Source of the DNA: a virus
Taxonomy: Duplodnaviria > Caudoviricetes
Reading direction: 5' to 3' (one strand)
Length of the DNA: 64,000 nt
Virus record (IMG/VR): IMGVR_UViG_3300005077_000489
Location: 96,001-160,000 of that record
Below the pieces are notes generated by a model. It saw only the letters and a program-made list of their open reading frames with translations, did not search any database and was not told the origin of the DNA. Shown here piece after piece: positions 19,762 to 28,194 of the stretch (position 1 is the first letter of the stretch; each line of letters opens with the position of its first letter). The position numbers and the translations under genes were made by a program.

Positions 19762-22122
19762 ATGCCTTTATCTCAAACTGCAGAAGAACTAATAGCCGAA
19801 GGTAGATTATATTATGGCGACCCTTGTTACCAAGCACAGTGGGGTAGTACGTTTGGGGAATGCTATGATAAGACTAAGTTCGGTCATTTGGCTTTAATGG
19901 TTCTGGACTCCTATGGTATTACGGTTTCCCCCGACAGTGACCAAGGTTATCAATATGGTAATCATTTATGCTGTTGTCCTCTAGACTTATTAAATCAGGA
20001 CCCCTTTCAGTGCATTAATATGTCGCTACAAACTAAGTTGTTAGACGAAGAATTGTGGGAATGTTATGCAGATGAATTTGGTAATGCTAAGTTCGTAAGA
20101 GTACTAGAGGGTACTTCTGAGTCTAGTGTAATCTCTCCTTTGCCGCGGGTGAATTATTGCGTTCCCACTATTACTCCCCATGATATTGCTAATCTAGTTA
20201 TAGTTAATAGTGCCGATTCCCCGCCTTTTAGAAAATGTGGCGACTGGATTACTATAATAGATGGCAGCGAGGTGGATTTACTGAGAACCATACATCCACC
20301 TATATTTGCTGACCCGGCATCTGCCAAGGGCGTAAGATTTAGTTGGGGGGAAGTCACTGGGTTCGGAGGGCAATATGTATCAGAAACTTGTGAGGTAGGC
20401 GAATTCAATCGCTATGGTGGTATAGTCTATCCTGATTTTGATAGGAAACAAGTATATAAAGATGGTGTAAATGATATATTCGAATTACAATCTTGGGAGA
20501 GTATTCTGTTCTGGTTAATAGACTTTAGTTATGATACGAAGGTAGGTCAAAACATATTAAGGCATTACCAGATTAATTTTCAGAAACAAATGGAAATCCC
20601 TGTTCCTATCTCATTCTCACCCTCTTCCGATTATAGTGAATTATTTCCCCCAATCTGTGATATAGGTAGCCAAGGAACTGGTACTAATCCTCAGTTTACT
20701 TTAAATTTGTTATCAGACACCTCTTTATTAACAAAATCTTGTGAGAGTGTGCAAAGTTCGTTGTCGGCAGCAGCAGATAGGAAATCTATCATAGCATGGG
20801 CTGAATATTCCATACCTTCTTTTTTTGGGTATGGTCACGGGACTACACGCATCAGTTTTAATGATGTAAGTAAATGGAATTCTCTAAGTGAAGACTGTAT
20901 TGATAATGAAATTAGTTCTATTTATGAAGATACCACCGCAATAGTTGGTAATGGGTGTACGTTAGATAGCAGGGACCGCACTGCTAACATAATACTGGGC
21001 TGTACCTCTATCAATTTTGGTAATCAAGTAGATCGACGTACTTTTGATATAAGCAGGGAATTATGGACGACCATCGTGGACGACCCCTCATACTACGAAA
21101 ATGGACACATGGAATATGCTTTTAGAGGCATAGCCCCGCACGCAGCAACGTTCTCTTCCGACTGGGTTCCTCCCAAAGTATGGCAAAACCCATATGAATC
21201 CTATATGATGACATATTTAACGCAACGAGTAGGCTCTTCTCCCGGGTGCACGTCCACATACACTTTTGATACGGCGTATACTTATCCTGGTTACTTATTC
21301 GGTGATGGGGATAACTTATGGACAATGGAAGAACTCTGGGCTAAGGTCAGGGTGAGCCGTCCTGGTATTTCTATAGTTGGTCATGGTCGTGGTGTAGATT
21401 CTATAATGCCATATATGAATCTACGTGTTAAACCGGTATATCTGTCTGATTTTCCAGTAGCCACAGCCGCGGCTGGTGAAAACTGGGATGAAGGTTGCGT
21501 AGATGCCTTTGATGGTGTAAGAGATAATCTTTATTGTACTATTGAGGAAGACACGGCGACAGCCATGGAAAGACTACAAGAAGCACAAACGGGAAATACT
21601 ATACAATTAACTCTAAATTGGTTATATCCAGACTTTGCACAATTTGGTACAGATAGTAAAGATGCTTTTAATGATTGCTGCTCCAAGTGCTTAACAGTGG
21701 CAGAAATGTTGTGGGGTTACATACAAAGATATAAAGATGAACCTAATAAGAGTATGACCTATGTTTGTGGACCTCCTGCTACACAGGCAGATATTCCACA
21801 GTTGGGACATACCCTACAAACTCCGTACGGTAACCGTATAATAAATTCTATTTCTTATTCTTACACAGATGGTTCCAATTTTGCGGTAAACTTGGAAGTA
21901 GGACCAGTGTCAGTGTCCCAAGCCACTGCTGGTGGATTAAAGAAAAAAGATGTAAAACAGGAAAATGTGAAGGGCAGAATTATAAGCCATGAATATGGTG
22001 CATTGTTTAAAGTAAGTATACCCGGGATAGGTATAATAAAAGCGTGGAACCAAGATTATCATCCTTGGCAGGCTGGAGATACGGTACAAGTAACTATCTA
22101 TAACCAGCCTGTTGCGTTATAA
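19762..22122 (+). CDS. Putative tail-tip/baseplate hub-like protein, Cys-rich (786 aa)
   Basis: SD (taggag) precedes the ATG, 8 nt after the TMP-like stop. WECYADEFGNAKF resembles hub (gp27/gpD-like) motifs; RIINSISYSY...VNLEVGP resembles a hub barrel; the C-terminus is OB-fold-like. 22 Cys by hand count. Confidence 0.5.
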   Translation: MPLSQTAEELIAEGRLYYGDPCYQAQWGSTFGECYDKTKFGHLALMVLDSYGITVSPDSDQGYQYGNHLCCCPLDLLNQDPFQCINMSLQTKLLDEELWECYADEFGNAKFVRVLEGTSESSVISPLPRVNYCVPTITPHDIANLVIVNSADSPPFRKCGDWITIIDGSEVDLLRTIHPPIFADPASAKGVRFSWGEVTGFGGQYVSETCEVGEFNRYGGIVYPDFDRKQVYKDGVNDIFELQSWESILFWLIDFSYDTKVGQNILRHYQINFQKQMEIPVPISFSPSSDYSELFPPICDIGSQGTGTNPQFTLNLLSDTSLLTKSCESVQSSLSAAADRKSIIAWAEYSIPSFFGYGHGTTRISFNDVSKWNSLSEDCIDNEISSIYEDTTAIVGNGCTLDSRDRTANIILGCTSINFGNQVDRRTFDISRELWTTIVDDPSYYENGHMEYAFRGIAPHAATFSSDWVPPKVWQNPYESYMMTYLTQRVGSSPGCTSTYTFDTAYTYPGYLFGDGDNLWTMEELWAKVRVSRPGISIVGHGRGVDSIMPYMNLRVKPVYLSDFPVATAAAGENWDEGCVDAFDGVRDNLYCTIEEDTATAMERLQEAQTGNTIQLTLNWLYPDFAQFGTDSKDAFNDCCSKCLTVAEMLWGYIQRYKDEPNKSMTYVCGPPATQADIPQLGHTLQTPYGNRIINSISYSYTDGSNFAVNLEVGPVSVSQATAGGLKKKDVKQENVKGRIISHEYGALFKVSIPGIGIIKAWNQDYHPWQAGDTVQVTIYNQPVAL

Positions 22123-22139
22123 TAAGAGGTCAAGAATAT

Positions 22140-23207
22140 ATGGCAGATTGCGTTAATCTACAATTAGAAAGAGTAAGTGCTAGAATTGAAGTCGGCGGTT
22201 TTCTTTATACGACCCCAGGTCGTGCGGAAAATACCTCCGGTGATGTTATGTCTTTTTCTTTGAATAAATCTCGTGGTCAGGCTACAGCAAAACTACAATG
22301 TCAATTGATAGCGAATGTTGCTGACCAAGATGCTATAAATACCTTTAGTAACGTAGAAGATAATTTAGGTGAGGTAATAATTATGTGGGCGGGTCCCAGT
22401 GATAATATATATGAAATACCCAGATTATTTACTGGATACATAACTAGCGTTAGACCTACTCCGCATTGGAATGATGCTAGAAAACAAATATTGGATATAC
22501 AAGCAGAAGATGTCTTTGCAAAGATGGTTTATGGACCAAAGTTTAGCAGGAGATTTAAGATACAGGATGACCCCTTTGCAGTAATAACTGGAGGGAAACG
22601 TAATCAAGGGGGTTCTATGACGCAGCTCAGAAGAGTGAAGCCGGGGCAGAATGGAGTAAGTTATATTTTTACTGGTGGGAGTGGACAGGGATTTGAACAC
22701 AGTCCTTTAATAAAAACCCCAGACTACGTATCTAGGACACCAAACGGTGTATCTCCGGGTTATGGAAAAAGTTCTTTAGGTTCTGAAACTGGGATGTATC
22801 GGATGGAGCCAGCAGAGGCCACAGTCTATCCGGGAGCAATAGTCTCTTCACAAGTAATAAATGCTAAAACCGGTGAAATCGTTAGTGTGGCTGGGTTAGA
22901 GTCAACGGCAGGTAAAGCTTGTATGTGCCACGCCAAACCCTCTACTAAATCTTTTGAAACAGGACAAGTGTCTAAGTCTGGGTTAGAACCAGGAGTTAAG
23001 TCATTTCCTTTATGGTTTGATTACGGTAATAATGATACTCTGAATTTTTATATCACCGGCTCTTATTCCCCGATACAAGTTACATTTGTTCATCCGCTTG
23101 ATGGTGGTACAGCCTCGATAGAGTTTAAGATGGTGCCACCGCACACGCATAGAGACTTAGGACAAGGTGGACCTGCTGTCGCAGTGTTCGATGCTTTTCC
23201 TATATAA
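22140..23207 (+). CDS. Putative baseplate hub/tail protein (Mu gp44/XkdQ-like N-terminal barrel), 355 aa
   Basis: VMSFSLNKSRGQATAKL...LFTGYITSV...LDIQAEDVFAKM matches the pattern of hub-family N-terminal domains. SD gaggt upstream. Confidence 0.5.
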   Translation: MADCVNLQLERVSARIEVGGFLYTTPGRAENTSGDVMSFSLNKSRGQATAKLQCQLIANVADQDAINTFSNVEDNLGEVIIMWAGPSDNIYEIPRLFTGYITSVRPTPHWNDARKQILDIQAEDVFAKMVYGPKFSRRFKIQDDPFAVITGGKRNQGGSMTQLRRVKPGQNGVSYIFTGGSGQGFEHSPLIKTPDYVSRTPNGVSPGYGKSSLGSETGMYRMEPAEATVYPGAIVSSQVINAKTGEIVSVAGLESTAGKACMCHAKPSTKSFETGQVSKSGLEPGVKSFPLWFDYGNNDTLNFYITGSYSPIQVTFVHPLDGGTASIEFKMVPPHTHRDLGQGGPAVAVFDAFPI

Positions 23208-23216
23208 AGGAGTATA

Positions 23217-23957
23217 ATGGCTGGTTGTAATTGTTGTGTAACTTATGATTCTCAAATTATAGTTGGTGATGCTGATATAAGTAATCAAACTATTAGTATA
23301 TCAGTAGATTCATCACAAGAAATAATCTGGGAAGATAAAACAGACCAAGAGTGTGACCCTCTAGGAGATGAGAAGGTTTATCTCTACGGTCCGGGGAAAG
23401 CTTCAGTACAGATTACGGCATATCCATTTGCTCAATATACAGATTATACTTTTGGTTTTGAATGTCCTGTAAGTGTGAATGTAAATATACCATGGCGTTA
23501 CGTCTATGATTGTAGAGGTTGCGAACCATGTATAGACCCCGCGACAGGGGAGCAAGGTATAATGAGGAAAGGTCGCTATATTGGATTGCCAATGAAGAAG
23601 AAGCAGATTTCTGTTACTGGTGACATTGAGAATTCAAATCTATTTGAGGTGGGAGGTTGTGCTGTCCCTACAACAAAGTTTACTTTAACAGCAGGACCAC
23701 AGTCAATTATAACGCCTCAGCCGACCATGCAATACAGTTGGTTGAAATATCATGGGTTACCTTTTGAATTCGATACGGACCAAGTAAAGACTCCTTTTAT
23801 CATTACAATAAATAATGGTAGCGGTTGTAGTTGGGCATCGGGGTTTAGAAATGTAAGGGCTTATTTAACTAGTTTTTCATTTTCTTTCGCTCCTCCTCAA
23901 GTTCCTACTTGTAGTCTTAGTTTTGATGTTCTTGTAAGCTTCTGCCCAACATGCTAA
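23217..23957 (+). CDS. Cys-rich tail-tube/Dit-fold-like structural protein (246 aa)
   Basis: SD aaggag. Alternating beta pattern ending in AYLTSFSFSF...CSLSFDV, typical of tube/Dit folds. 13 Cys. Confidence 0.4.
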   Translation: MAGCNCCVTYDSQIIVGDADISNQTISISVDSSQEIIWEDKTDQECDPLGDEKVYLYGPGKASVQITAYPFAQYTDYTFGFECPVSVNVNIPWRYVYDCRGCEPCIDPATGEQGIMRKGRYIGLPMKKKQISVTGDIENSNLFEVGGCAVPTTKFTLTAGPQSIITPQPTMQYSWLKYHGLPFEFDTDQVKTPFIITINNGSGCSWASGFRNVRAYLTSFSFSFAPPQVPTCSLSFDVLVSFCPTC

Positions 23958-23971
23958 AAAGGAAATTTATT

Positions 23972-24907
23972 ATGAAATATAAAAAATGGAGTAAAGAAGA
24001 AATTGATTTATTAATATATAGATATCCGTCATGTTCAAAAGTTGAATTAGAAGAGATGTTTGATAGGCCTTATTATTCTATACGTAGAAAAGCTTCTGAT
24101 TTGAGGATTAAAAATGAAAAATGGTGGACAGAGGAAGAAGAATTATTGTTTAGGGGTATATATCCTTTTATTAGTAATTTAGAAATTGCAACTATAATTA
24201 ATCGTACAGAGGCTTCTATTATACATAAGGCCAAACGATTAGGTCTTATTAAAAATATAGATATGTTAACGTCTAGGAGAAGTAGTGACAATAGAAAATA
24301 TAATTTTAATACTAGGTATTTTAGAGAAATAAATAATTCAGATAAAGCTTACATTTTAGGTTTTCTTTTAGGTGATGGGAATATTAGCAATAAGAAATAT
24401 CGTATGAGATTACAAATAAACATGCGAGATGAAGAATTATTATACTTTATCAAAATAAAGATGAATGCTAATAATCCTATTTTGTATAAAAAGGAGAACG
24501 ATATTTGTGATTTTAGTCTTAGTTCTTTTGAATTAATAAGGGATTTATCCTGTTATAATATGAAACCTAGAAAAACTTATAATTTAGTTATACCAGATAA
24601 TATTCCTAATAATTTATATTCTCATTTAATAAGAGGTCTTTTTGATGCAGATGGTTGTATATATGTTGGTAAAAATAAGTTAATGGTATCAATTTGTGGT
24701 ACTGGGGATGTTTGTGAATGGATAAAAAAGGTAGGTAAGAAGTTTGTAAATATTAAAGGAAATGTTTACTACTATGATGGTAGGGTCCCAATTTATAAAT
24801 TAGGGGGACGAAAGCAAATTTCTAGATTTGCGGAATGGTTATATAAGGATGCAACATTTTTTCTTTCTAGAAAGTACAATAAATTTGTTGAGGCGGGGGT
24901 GTTATAA
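23972..24907 (+). CDS. Free-standing two-motif LAGLIDADG homing endonuclease with two N-terminal Myb/HTH-like repeats
   Basis: Motif 1 is KAYILGFLLGDGNI and motif 2 is HLIRGLFDADGCI. N-terminal repeats are KWSKEEIDLL...SIRRKASDLRI and KWWTEEEELL...SIIHKAKRLGL. Visibly more AT-rich than its neighbours. ATG 23972 (after agga) is preferred; an alternative in-frame ATG is at 23951. Confidence 0.9.
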   Translation: MKYKKWSKEEIDLLIYRYPSCSKVELEEMFDRPYYSIRRKASDLRIKNEKWWTEEEELLFRGIYPFISNLEIATIINRTEASIIHKAKRLGLIKNIDMLTSRRSSDNRKYNFNTRYFREINNSDKAYILGFLLGDGNISNKKYRMRLQINMRDEELLYFIKIKMNANNPILYKKENDICDFSLSSFELIRDLSCYNMKPRKTYNLVIPDNIPNNLYSHLIRGLFDADGCIYVGKNKLMVSICGTGDVCEWIKKVGKKFVNIKGNVYYYDGRVPIYKLGGRKQISRFAEWLYKDATFFLSRKYNKFVEAGVL

Positions 24908-24909
24908 AA

Positions 24910-25257
24910 ATGGCAGATATAAATAGTTGTGTTGTTGGTACTTCTTGGAAACTACGAAGCGGTCAACCTCAAATGGTGTGCGGTTGTTTATGCGATAGGT
25001 CCACTTCTTATTATATAATGCAGACATTCGGAGTTGAGCGAAGAGAGGTTAAAAACTATAAGGCAACCACACAATTGCTAGAATCAAATGATTTTATAGG
25101 ACTTAATCCAGATGCAGAATTTGAGAGTGCTTCTTACAATGCTAGCACATATCTAACGGCGGATGGAGAAATAATTTTTACCGGGCAGGAGCAGAAACTT
25201 CCGGAATATATTAATGAAAGTTTAATGCCCGGGGTAGAGAGTTTCGAATTTTCTTAA
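24910..25257 (+). CDS. Small hypothetical structural protein (115 aa)
   Basis: In operon, with purine-rich SD-like gaggcgggggtg upstream; contains a CGCLC motif. Confidence 0.6.
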   Translation: MADINSCVVGTSWKLRSGQPQMVCGCLCDRSTSYYIMQTFGVERREVKNYKATTQLLESNDFIGLNPDAEFESASYNASTYLTADGEIIFTGQEQKLPEYINESLMPGVESFEFS

Positions 25258-25269
25258 TAGGTACATAAT

Positions 25270-25569
25270 ATGGCAGATGTTTGGGAGGATTTAATAGAAG
25301 GTGAAGTAGTAGATTGTTCTACTTTGTCAGTAAATTATCAACCTTCCGGGTTGGCTACTATAGGACTAACTATTTATCGTGAGAAATCTTTAGGTGCTCC
25401 ATATACAGAGGGAGGACCTGGATTTGAAATGTGCTTTGGCGGGGTTCGTTTTAGAGGTTATGTCACTGACCAAAGTATAGTCCCTGAAAGTGATATAGAG
25501 TATATACAGTGGAGAGTATCTGCGATTTGTATAGGATGCAGGGATATTTGTGTACCTACCGGGTGCTAA
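25270..25569 (+). CDS. Small protein resembling a single hub-type beta-barrel (99 aa)
   Basis: TLSVNYQPSGLATIGLTI...RFRGYVTDQSIV...WRVSAI parallels the N-terminal barrel of the 355-aa protein. C-terminus CIGCRDICVPTGC. Confidence 0.5.
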   Translation: MADVWEDLIEGEVVDCSTLSVNYQPSGLATIGLTIYREKSLGAPYTEGGPGFEMCFGGVRFRGYVTDQSIVPESDIEYIQWRVSAICIGCRDICVPTGC

Positions 25570-25583
25570 TTAGTTAACTTTTT

Positions 25584-25606
25584 ATATACAGTAGGTTTTT
25601 GTATAT
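25584..25606 (+). other. Weak AT-rich intergenic hairpin
   Basis: ATATACA (25584-25590) pairs with TGTATAT (25600-25606) in one of the few intergenic gaps; function unknown. Confidence 0.25.
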
Positions 25607-25619
25607 TGGGAGATGCAAA

Positions 25620-26348
25620 GTGAGTGTTATAATCGGAAATTCGACCCTTGTTACTCTAGATTTCCCTAACGGTCAAGTGACTGAGGGTATTACATCAATA
25701 GAGTGGAATTTTGGCACTAATGTGAATAGACTTTATACTCTAGGTATGGGTGCCGGTTCTTGTGGCCCACGAGAATTCGGGAGTGTGCGTAGTGCTGAGG
25801 TAAGTGTTAGCTTTAGTATTTATGGTGGTATTACTCCTGAGACAAGTACGTGCCCTCCGGCAGAGTGTGCTAATTCTCCTGCTACAGTAGTCGTAAATAT
25901 TGTACCCGGAACGTGTGACGCCGATGTTGACGGTCTTAGTAGAGCCGTATTTATTAATAGTTATAGTTATTCTAAAGATAGGGTCTCTTTCGGCACCGAG
26001 TCGTGGGCGGGTAATGCTTATGTATCCCCCGAATCTGTACAAACTGGTACATGTAATGAGTACATAGAACCAGAACCAACCTATGTTATCTTAGGTCTTG
26101 CCGAAGGTACTATAGAAGGTGAGGGAGGAGATATACAGGCTACTGTTGGTGCTAGGTTCCGTGACGACGCTTGTGTAGTAGAAACTACTCGTGCTAGCGT
26201 TCAGGCAAGTAATATATCAATAGGTGAGTATATGATAGTACAACACGGTACGTTTCAATCTGTTGGTAATTCATTGTTTTGGGACCCTGGAGTAGTTGCT
26301 AAGGCTAATGTATCACTGACACTACAACCAGTATATATTAGTAGTTAG
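25620..26348 (+). CDS. Tail-tube/Dit-fold-like structural protein
   Basis: GTG at 25620 with SD gggag 7 nt upstream (track uses TTG 25599). ITSIEWNFGTNVNRLYTLG...VSVSFSIY and VFINSYSYS patterns; weak similarity to the 246-aa protein. Confidence 0.45.
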   Translation: MSVIIGNSTLVTLDFPNGQVTEGITSIEWNFGTNVNRLYTLGMGAGSCGPREFGSVRSAEVSVSFSIYGGITPETSTCPPAECANSPATVVVNIVPGTCDADVDGLSRAVFINSYSYSKDRVSFGTESWAGNAYVSPESVQTGTCNEYIEPEPTYVILGLAEGTIEGEGGDIQATVGARFRDDACVVETTRASVQASNISIGEYMIVQHGTFQSVGNSLFWDPGVVAKANVSLTLQPVYISS

Positions 26349-26360
26349 AGGAGGTACTGC

Positions 26361-26774
26361 GTGGCAGTAATTGAAAGGTATAAATTATACTTTGAGTGGA
26401 TAGGTCTTAAATATAATAAAGATGTTGCTAGTTTTAAAGATGCTTGGTTTCATGGTCCCGTGTTACAAAGGGCAGCCAAGATAAATTCTAATGACTATAT
26501 CGACTTGGATTTTTCCTCGCAGAATTTTAATAATAAATTATTCCTGGTCGATAGTTATTATATAGCCAAGTTGAGATGGAAGGACGTGGAATATAGGGAG
26601 GGAAAGGTCATGTTAAAGGGATGTAAACTTACGCATAATAAAGCGGGAACTCTTAGAGAGTTAAAGGATGGTTTTAGTTTTCTAATAGATTGTGGTAGAC
26701 ATGAATCTTACATGCACCACAAAACATTAGTGTACCCTTCATGGGTAATGAATGAAGAAAAAGTTATAATTTAG
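26361..26774 (+). CDS. Hypothetical protein (137 aa, Lys-rich)
   Basis: Strong SD gaggaggt before GTG; no recognisable motif. Confidence 0.7.
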   Translation: MAVIERYKLYFEWIGLKYNKDVASFKDAWFHGPVLQRAAKINSNDYIDLDFSSQNFNNKLFLVDSYYIAKLRWKDVEYREGKVMLKGCKLTHNKAGTLRELKDGFSFLIDCGRHESYMHHKTLVYPSWVMNEEKVII

Positions 26775-26786
26775 GAGGGAATTACA

Positions 26787-27098
26787 ATGGCTGTAATTAC
26801 AGGTTTAGGTCCATCTCGTAGAATTAAGTTGGAACAAAAAAATCCAGGTGGGACTACAGGTTCTGGTTTATATTGGAAATTAGACCTTATTTCTGCTGGT
26901 CCTGGTGTTACCATTGATTACAAAGAACTACATAGTTCCGGGGATTTAACTGCGGACAAGAATCTGGTACCGTGGGGTGCCAAGGTTATGAAGGTTGCAG
27001 AGATTTCTACTACTAGTGGGTATTATGGAGATATCCCCGTTGCTAGTGGTACTCTTACAGTGGCTAATGGTATTATCACTGGATATACTCCTGCGTAA
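26787..27098 (+). CDS. Small structural protein with spike/fibre-like C-terminus (103 aa)
   Basis: SD ggaggg. The C-terminal GTLTVANGIITG resembles trimeric beta-strand spike ends. Confidence 0.5.
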   Translation: MAVITGLGPSRRIKLEQKNPGGTTGSGLYWKLDLISAGPGVTIDYKELHSSGDLTADKNLVPWGAKVMKVAEISTTSGYYGDIPVASGTLTVANGIITGYTPA

Positions 27099-27100
27099 TA

Positions 27101-27469
27101 ATGGGTTGGTCTAGAAGAGAAGATATAACAATTGATCTGACTGGTATAACTGATAAAAACCAGCCAGGTTATTGTCATAAGTTGTGTCCATATAGTACGG
27201 CATATAGAGATAAGTACCAATACACGGGGAAAATTTGTACCGGAATGGTCGGCGGGGAACCACAGTACCAAACAGGAACCTTTGTATTAGGAAATTCTAA
27301 TGATCGTACTCTATATGGTGTAGCGTATGCTACGTATGAGTGTTCTGAACATACAACTACTAGTGGTCGTATGTTTTATAAGGACAATCCACCGGGCTGG
27401 GCTTGTAAAGACCCAGCCTGTTACTATCATACTACGGTTGCTAGCGGCGAATGTTACCAGGAGGTTTAA
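27101..27469 (+). CDS. Cys/His-rich small protein (122 aa)
   Basis: YCHKLCPY, KIC, YECSEH and ACKDPACYYH motifs; 7 Cys; starts 2 nt after the previous stop. Confidence 0.6.
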   Translation: MGWSRREDITIDLTGITDKNQPGYCHKLCPYSTAYRDKYQYTGKICTGMVGGEPQYQTGTFVLGNSNDRTLYGVAYATYECSEHTTTSGRMFYKDNPPGWACKDPACYYHTTVASGECYQEV

Positions 27470-27473
27470 TAAA

Positions 27474-28175
27474 ATGGCTATTAATGAAACCGTTTATTCA
27501 CCTCTCTATCCCAACAACACTAAAACAGTTACTATTGATTTAGTATCAAGAATACCTTTGGGTGAGGGGGGCGACGAAAAGTATATACTATCAGTATCGG
27601 TTGGTACTAATGTATATAGTGATATAGCAAATAGTACTAGAATATCTCCCATCTACATTTATGAGATGCGGAGAGGTTGGGCTCAGGGTTTTTCCATAGA
27701 TTTTCCTGTGGTGACTGCTGGGGGAACTCTTACTATTGCTATTGATGAAGCAGATAGCGGGGCTGTTACTGTAGATGTGGCATCAGGTACCTTATCATCT
27801 AGTACTCTTATACAAAGCTTACAGTATCAGTTGAGGGCTACTGCCTCTGGTAGTGGAGTGAAGGCAACTGCTTCTAATAAGCTAAGTTATATGAATGCCG
27901 AAGCGGTGGTGGAGGACGGTCGTCTCACTTTCTTATCAGGTTCTACAAAGAAGTCTTACAATTCTTCTACTTGGTCAGAAACATCGAGTGTTAAAGTTAC
28001 CGGAGGTACTGTCGCAGATGAGTTAGGTTTTTCTACTGGATATCCTAACTCTTATGATTTGGCTACAACTACTTCGGGGGCTTTACATGGACCTGCGTCT
28101 GCCCATGCTACGATGGATGATGCTGTACGATTTGCAGTTATGTCAATTGTTAATCAGATAGATTTTTCTGGTTAA
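27474..28175 (+). CDS. Structural/adaptor protein with an inserted sheath-associated-like domain (233 aa)
   Basis: The real start is probably ATG 27474 after SD ggaggt (the track's 27327 start overlaps the previous gene). Ends resemble the 181-aa protein; the middle resembles the N-terminal domain of the 539-aa protein (ADELGF vs ADALGF). Confidence 0.6.
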   Translation: MAINETVYSPLYPNNTKTVTIDLVSRIPLGEGGDEKYILSVSVGTNVYSDIANSTRISPIYIYEMRRGWAQGFSIDFPVVTAGGTLTIAIDEADSGAVTVDVASGTLSSSTLIQSLQYQLRATASGSGVKATASNKLSYMNAEAVVEDGRLTFLSGSTKKSYNSSTWSETSSVKVTGGTVADELGFSTGYPNSYDLATTTSGALHGPASAHATMDDAVRFAVMSIVNQIDFSG

Positions 28176-28194
28176 GTAAGTGGTTAGGTAATGG

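Noticed and set aside
23940-24915. Group I intron or intein hosting the LAGLIDADG ORF
   Set aside because: No non-coding space for intron core structure; flanking genes are complete, with their own starts and stops, in different frames; no intein splicing motifs.
27327-27473. N-terminal extension of the 282-aa track ORF
   Set aside because: It overlaps the 122-aa gene; a strong SD (ggaggt) supports ATG 27474.
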